Source: a bacterium (GTDB taxonomy: Bacteria; RBG-13-61-14; DATKZS01). Taken from it: a DNA stretch of 64,000 nucleotides. The stretch is from positions 416,001-480,000 of the forward strand of contig CAXXFL010000002.1 of NCBI GenBank assembly GCA_963674965.2, in the 5' to 3' direction. Positions within the stretch are counted from its first letter, which is position 1. Each line of letters begins with the position of its first letter. Below are positions 58,752 to 64,000 of the stretch, one piece after another. A program made the translations under genes and the position numbers. The notes under the pieces are model-generated. The model was not told the origin of the DNA and searched no databases. It saw only the letters and a list, made by a program, of their open reading frames with translations.

Positions 58752-59741
58752 ATGAAAACTTTGGAGACTTCGGTTACAAGACGGAGGTTTGTCGCCGCGT
58801 CGGCCGCCGCCGGGGTGGTGGCGAGCGCCGGGCTTGGCCGGGCCGGGGCGGGCGAAGGCGGGAGGCATGGGAGGATGAAGCCGAGGGATTTTCTTTATGC
58901 GCCGGATTTCGAGCCGGGGTCGGCCCTGGCGGCAAATGAAATCTCCGTCAGATGGTTCGGGTGCGCCAATTACAGGATCGAGCACGCGGGCAAGGTCCTC
59001 TGGATCGACCCTTACCTTAGCCGTCATACTCCCCGGGAGATGGCCTTCGGCCACGTCGAGCCCAAGCCCGGGGAGGTGGACGCTTACCTGGACCGGGCCG
59101 ACTATATCGCCCTCGGCCACAGCCATTACGACCACGCGGCGGACCTTCCCTACATCGTGCCCAAGACCGGCGCCATGGTTTATGGGGACAAGTCGGTGGG
59201 TAACCTCTTCACCGCCCGCGACCTGCCCCGGGACCGGTTCCACGAGATTTCCGGCGGCTCGGCGGTACAAGCCGGTCCTTTCAGGATCGCCTTTATAAAG
59301 AGCGTGCACGGGAAGGTATTGGGACGGGTCCCCGGCGACCGCGACATTTCTCCCGAGGCCAGGCCCCCCTTCAAGGTGAGCGATTACGGATGCGGCGGGG
59401 TGTACGGCATTATCGTGGAGGCGGCCGGCTATAAAATATACCATCAGGGCAGCGGCGGCCTGGTGGAGGAGAACCTGAAAGGCGCTCGGGCCGACCTTGC
59501 CATCATCGGCATCTCGAGCCGGAGCGGCACGCCGAGGATGGTCTACAAGGTGGTGAAGGAGCTACAGCCCCGGGTCGTCATGCCCACCCATTACGACATG
59601 TTCTTCTCCTCGCTTAAGAAGGGCTTCACGGCCGTGCCCCTTTTGAAATTCGGGCAAGTGGTGGAGGAGGCCCGGGAGGCCGCGCCGGAGGCCGACCTCA
59701 TCACGCTCCCGCTCCAGGGAGAGTATCGGATACGCGCGTGA
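58752..59741 (+). CDS. Tat-exported metallo-beta-lactamase-fold hydrolase
   Basis: TRRRFV Tat motif; WFG, IDPY, GHSHYDH (HxHxDH), PTHYD. Confidence 0.88.
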   Translation: MKTLETSVTRRRFVAASAAAGVVASAGLGRAGAGEGGRHGRMKPRDFLYAPDFEPGSALAANEISVRWFGCANYRIEHAGKVLWIDPYLSRHTPREMAFGHVEPKPGEVDAYLDRADYIALGHSHYDHAADLPYIVPKTGAMVYGDKSVGNLFTARDLPRDRFHEISGGSAVQAGPFRIAFIKSVHGKVLGRVPGDRDISPEARPPFKVSDYGCGGVYGIIVEAAGYKIYHQGSGGLVEENLKGARADLAIIGISSRSGTPRMVYKVVKELQPRVVMPTHYDMFFSSLKKGFTAVPLLKFGQVVEEAREAAPEADLITLPLQGEYRIRA

Positions 59742-59899
59742 TTTGAGAATAATTTTGGGCGGACGCGGTACCGGCGCGGCCTTCTCGAAACCTCGCTGGC
59801 CGCGTGCATCTAGCGGGTAGTATCCGCTCCCGAACGATGCTAAACTCCCGATAAAAGCGGGCGACAAGATTTTCTTTTGCGAGAGAGGTTACGGATAAA

Positions 59900-60169
59900 T
59901 TGACCAAAGACCGAGACGAGGCCAGGCCGCCGGCGGGCGTGTGCCTGGCCAACGAGCAGACCATCCTGGCCAACGAGCGCACCCTGCTGGCCTATCTGAG
60001 GACCATGATGACCTTCTTTATCGCCGGGGTTACCTTCATCAAGTTCTTCGGCCATCCCGCCCTCACCATCGTGGGATGGGCTTTTATTCCCGTCTCCCTC
60101 ATCATCCTCGGGGTCGGGATCGTAAGCTACCTGGTCCGAAAGAGGGCCATCGAAAAAGCCGGCAATTAG
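59900..60169 (+). CDS. DUF202 (YidH-like) membrane protein
   Basis: LANERTLLAYLRT motif plus two TM helices. Confidence 0.88.
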   Translation: MTKDRDEARPPAGVCLANEQTILANERTLLAYLRTMMTFFIAGVTFIKFFGHPALTIVGWAFIPVSLIILGVGIVSYLVRKRAIEKAGN

Positions 60170-60256
60170 TCTTATAAAGTTGCATGGCCGGGAAGCTAAT
60201 CCGGTAGGCGGGCCCCAAGAGGTTTCCTCAACTATATAGGCCGCCCACTGGAGGAC

Positions 60257-61951
60257 TTACTTCCTCAATACCTTTTTATCCACCTTGCCCACCGTGGTGA
60301 GGGGGATCGAATCGATAAACTCGATGAGGCGAGGCGCCTTGTAGGCGGCCATGTTTTTCTTGCAAAAGGCGATGATATCTTTCTCCATCTCCGCCTTGTC
60401 CTTACTTTTATGACTCTCTTTTAGCTGGATCACGGCTTTGACCATTTCACTGCCCGGCCTGTCCGGGTCCTTGACGCCGATAAGGGCGCAGAACTCGATG
60501 GCCGGATGGGAGGAGAGCTTCTCCTCCACTTCATTGGAAAATACCTTATACCCGCTCACGTTTATCATATCCTTCGAGCGGTCCACGATGGTAAGGAAGC
60601 CGTCCGAGTCCATTGTGGCTATGTCTCCGGTATAAAACCATTTTTCGCCCTGAAACTCGCGGATCGAGTTGGCCGTTTCCTCCGGTTTTCCCCGGTATCC
60701 TCTCATTACCTGTGGGCCTTTGACAATGATCTCCCCCGGCTCCCCAAGGGGGACCTCCTCGGTCCCGGCCTCGAGGTCCACCAGTTTGACCCGCGTGTTC
60801 TGCATGGGAAGGCCCACGCTGCCCGGCTTCTTCTTGCCCTTGAAGGGGATCATCGAGATGGTGGCGCAGGTCTCGGTCATGCCGTATATGTCGGAGACCT
60901 TGCCTTTTCCGATGAGAGCCTCCAGGGCCGTCAAGGTCTCGGGAGAGAAAGGGGCCGCGCCCGACACGAAGCCTTTAACCTGAGCGAACGGTAATGCACT
61001 GAAGCCGGGCTCGGAAAGGAGCATCTGGTATAGGGATGGCACGTTGCCCACGCCGGTGGGCTTGTACTTGGCCATCTCGGCCACGATATGTCTCGTGTTT
61101 CTGGGGTCGGGGATCAAAACCTGCGGGCAGGCGGTCATGAGAAAGCACATGCCCGAGAAAAGCCCCCCGATATGGAAGAGCGGAAAGCCGGTCAGGAACG
61201 CGTCTTTCCCTCTTTCCAGGTCGCACCACTGCCGGAAGTGAGTGGTGGCCGCCACCACGCTTCGATGGGTCAGTTCGGCTCCCTTTGGCTTCCCCGTGGT
61301 TCCTCCCGTGTACTGGATGAGGCACAGGTCGTCGGGTGAAATCTCGGGTCTTGAAAATCCATTTCCCCCCGCTAGCGTCTCCTGGAATGAGACCACCTTT
61401 TTCCCCTCGATCGGGAGCAGACGGCCAGAGGGAATTTTCTTGAGAAGCTTCCCGGCCGTCCTTTTTATCAGGGGCATATACTCGCCCAGGTTGGTGGCCA
61501 CCACGTGGGTCACGGTCGGCATGTCATTGGCCGCCTCCATCAGGCGGTGCTCGAGGATGGCGTCGAGAGTGACCAGGACCCTGGCCCCCGAGTCGCTAAG
61601 CTGAGACGCGATTTCCTTGCCCGTTAAAAGAGGCGAAACCCCGCTCTTGACGCAGCCGGCCCGCAGGGTCCCAAGCAAGGCGATGATGTATTGGGGCAGG
61701 TTGGGAAGGTTGATTCCCACGACGTCGCCCTTCTCGAGTCCCGCCCCCAATAAAAAGGAAGCGAACCTCCTCGATAAACGGTCAAGGTCGCCGTAGGTCA
61801 TGGTCCTGCCCATGAAATGACAGGCCGCCCGGTCCGGGAACTCGGCGAAAACCTCATCCATAAGGTCCACGAAGCTTGACTCCGGCAGGGCCATGTCCGG
61901 CTCCACGTGTGGATCATAGGACCTAACCCAGATTCTATCGTCCTCGCTCAT
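60257..61951 (-). CDS. long-chain fatty acid-CoA ligase (AMP-binding)
   Basis: QYTGGTTGKPKG, YGMTET, GPQVMRGY, TGDIA.MD.DG, DRSKDMI, VGKV. Confidence 0.94.
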   Translation of the reverse strand: MSEDDRIWVRSYDPHVEPDMALPESSFVDLMDEVFAEFPDRAACHFMGRTMTYGDLDRLSRRFASFLLGAGLEKGDVVGINLPNLPQYIIALLGTLRAGCVKSGVSPLLTGKEIASQLSDSGARVLVTLDAILEHRLMEAANDMPTVTHVVATNLGEYMPLIKRTAGKLLKKIPSGRLLPIEGKKVVSFQETLAGGNGFSRPEISPDDLCLIQYTGGTTGKPKGAELTHRSVVAATTHFRQWCDLERGKDAFLTGFPLFHIGGLFSGMCFLMTACPQVLIPDPRNTRHIVAEMAKYKPTGVGNVPSLYQMLLSEPGFSALPFAQVKGFVSGAAPFSPETLTALEALIGKGKVSDIYGMTETCATISMIPFKGKKKPGSVGLPMQNTRVKLVDLEAGTEEVPLGEPGEIIVKGPQVMRGYRGKPEETANSIREFQGEKWFYTGDIATMDSDGFLTIVDRSKDMINVSGYKVFSNEVEEKLSSHPAIEFCALIGVKDPDRPGSEMVKAVIQLKESHKSKDKAEMEKDIIAFCKKNMAAYKAPRLIEFIDSIPLTTVGKVDKKVLRK

Positions 61952-62223
61952 TCAATCCTCCCAAGGCATGGTATCGGTCCTTACCTTATAGCATACTTAG
62001 GCATTCCCAGTCACGCGGCGCCAAATGGACTCACGCGTGAGCCGCCCTCCCCTGAGTTGATCAATCACGTATGACTCGCTTTCAGGCCGCGTCCGCATGG
62101 AGAAAAATGATTTCGATCCGCATTGATCGCTTGCTTTCCCCGTTGCCTTGGGCTATTAGACGATAGACGACTCCGTCCGAAGGGACGTTGAAAAACACCA
62201 GAGCAAGAAAGAAGTCAATCGCC

Positions 62224-63804
62224 ATGAAAGTATTACTTATCAATCCTTATTATCCCATCTCGGAGGGGCCGTCCCCTCCCTTGGGGCTGGCCTTTATCGG
62301 GGCCGCCCTCGAGGCGGCGGGCGTGGAAGTGAAGCTCTTGGATTACGTGGTCTTCCCTTACGACAAGGAGGAACTCAGGTCGGTCCTCCTCCGATTCCGG
62401 CCGCGCTTCGTGGGACTGACGTGCGTGACCATGAACTTCCATGAGGCCATGCGCGTGGTGAGGGACGTGAAGGACATTGCCCCGGATATCGCGACGATTA
62501 TGGGCGGCCCCCACGTGACCTTTTGCGCGGAGGAAACGCTGAAAGAGCACCCGGAGCTCGATATCATAGTCCTGGGCGAGGGCGAGAGGACGATAGTCGA
62601 TCTGGCCAAGGCCGCCGAGGCGGATGCGCCCCTGGATGAGGTCCGAGGAATAGCGCTAAGGAGCGGCGCGCGAATAATACTGACGCCCCCCTCGGTGGGA
62701 CCGCTCGACCTGAACTCACTGCCCCTTCCCGCCCGCCACCTGCTGCCGCTCGGACGCTACAAGGCCCTCAACCTGGCCATCAGCATGACCACCAGCCGGG
62801 GTTGCCCCCACAAGTGCATCTTCTGCGTGGGACGACGCATGGTGGGGTCCAGGGTCCGCTACCGAAGGCCCGACCTTGTGGTGGACGAGATGGAATATCT
62901 GGCGGGCCTGGGCTTCTCCCAAATCAACGTGGCCGACGACCTGTTCACGGCCAATAAAAAGCATTGCCTGGAAATCTGCCGCGAGATCGAGCGCCGGGAC
63001 CTCAAGATCAAATGGTCGTCCTTCGCCCGGGTGGACACCGTCACGGCGGAGCTTCTGGCCATTATGAAAAAGGCCGGCTGCCGATCGGTCAGCTTCGGAG
63101 TGGAAACCGGAAGCGCCAAGATCATGAAGACCATCCAAAAGGGCATCACCATCGATCAGGTGGTCGAGGCCGTGAAAGCCTCCAATGAGGCGGGGGTCGT
63201 TCCCTGCGCCTCCTTTATCCTGGGCCTGCCCGGCGAAACCGAGGATACCCTGCAAGAGACCGTCGCCTTCGCCAGGAAGCTGAACAAGATGGGCGTGAAG
63301 TACGGCTATCATCTGCTCGCGCCCTTCCCCGGCACGGCCGTGAGGGAAAAAAGCCAGGAATACGGACTTCGCGTGCTGACCGACGACTGGTCGGAGTACA
63401 ACGCCGATCGCGCCATCGTGGAGACGGACGGCGCGGACAAAGCAACTCTTGACAAGGTCGTCGTCGATTGGGAGGAGAAGGCCCTGACCTATCTGGCCAT
63501 CATCACCGAGCTTGTGGCAAAAGGAGAGGCGGGCCAGGAGGAGGCCGCCTTGCTGGCCAGCCTCGATCGGAACATGCAAACCTACGGGCTGATGATGGAC
63601 AAGGCCCTCGAGACCCATGGCCGCTTTCAAGACGACTCTCAATCCCCGGACGGCCGGCTCGAGCGGCTCCTCGAGCGCCTCGCCGCCAACGGCTACGCCC
63701 CGGCGCCGCTGAAAGCCTCACTCACCCACGCGCTGGAAAAAGGAGTCCTTTCCCGCCGGGAGCAAGACGGCCAGGTTGAGTGGAGTTGGAGGGATTTTCT
63801 ATAG
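62224..63804 (+). CDS. B12-binding domain radical SAM protein
   Basis: PPLGLAFI, GGPHVT, GEGE, TSRGCPHKCIFC, DDLFT, GVETG, FILGLPGET, PFPGT. Confidence 0.92.
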   Translation: MKVLLINPYYPISEGPSPPLGLAFIGAALEAAGVEVKLLDYVVFPYDKEELRSVLLRFRPRFVGLTCVTMNFHEAMRVVRDVKDIAPDIATIMGGPHVTFCAEETLKEHPELDIIVLGEGERTIVDLAKAAEADAPLDEVRGIALRSGARIILTPPSVGPLDLNSLPLPARHLLPLGRYKALNLAISMTTSRGCPHKCIFCVGRRMVGSRVRYRRPDLVVDEMEYLAGLGFSQINVADDLFTANKKHCLEICREIERRDLKIKWSSFARVDTVTAELLAIMKKAGCRSVSFGVETGSAKIMKTIQKGITIDQVVEAVKASNEAGVVPCASFILGLPGETEDTLQETVAFARKLNKMGVKYGYHLLAPFPGTAVREKSQEYGLRVLTDDWSEYNADRAIVETDGADKATLDKVVVDWEEKALTYLAIITELVAKGEAGQEEAALLASLDRNMQTYGLMMDKALETHGRFQDDSQSPDGRLERLLERLAANGYAPAPLKASLTHALEKGVLSRREQDGQVEWSWRDFL

Positions 63805-63862
63805 CGCGCTCCACTGGGTGGGCTGGGTCAACCGCCAGCCTTTAAATCGAGAGGAGATTACT

Positions 63863-64000
63863 ATGGCTAAGAAAATATCTTTATCAGACATATGTGGCTT
63901 TCTATTTATCGCCGCCTTTTTTCATGTTGGATGTAATAATATCCCAAGTGAACCGGGCGAAAGCGTCACTCAGCAGAAATGCTTGCAAGGCAGTTTTAAA
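63863..64000 (+). CDS. partial putative lipoprotein (runs off window end)
   Basis: GAGGAG RBS; MAKKISLSDICGFLFIAAFFHVGC NN..., open to the end of the window. Confidence 0.55.
   Translation, partial: MAKKISLSDICGFLFIAAFFHVGCNNIPSEPGESVTQQKCLQGSFK

Overview
GC-rich bacterial chromosomal window. The gene content (miaB next to a DUF151 gene, tRNA-CAT followed by a Zn-ribbon gene and rnhA, many CoA-dependent catabolic enzymes, a sigma-54-type promoter) suggests a deltaproteobacterium-like (Desulfobacterota/Myxococcota-type) organism; this is inference only. The left ~19 kb is mostly housekeeping: DUF72, two tandem YfhO-like membrane glycosyltransferases, miaB, hsp20, uvrA, tRNA-Ile2, rnhA and gshAB. 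The middle and right carry lipid/acyl-CoA catabolism and electron transfer: two acyl-CoA dehydrogenases, a thiolase, a CoA ligase, an FAD/FeS oxidoreductase operon and a TetR-fixABCX-like operon. The last two share a palindromic operator-like site, ATCAA-N4-TTGAT. Three large signal-peptide-bearing proteins share an 'INYQGRL' N-terminal domain but carry different Gly-rich fibre-like repeat bodies with phage-tail-fibre motifs; these are the most unusual system in the window. Mobile DNA: one apparently complete IS (6-bp target duplication), an internally deleted IS1380-type element, and a 185-bp MITE with nested REP-like palindromes. No CRISPR array, rRNA or prophage was seen. All family assignments come from motif recognition by eye, not from database searches.
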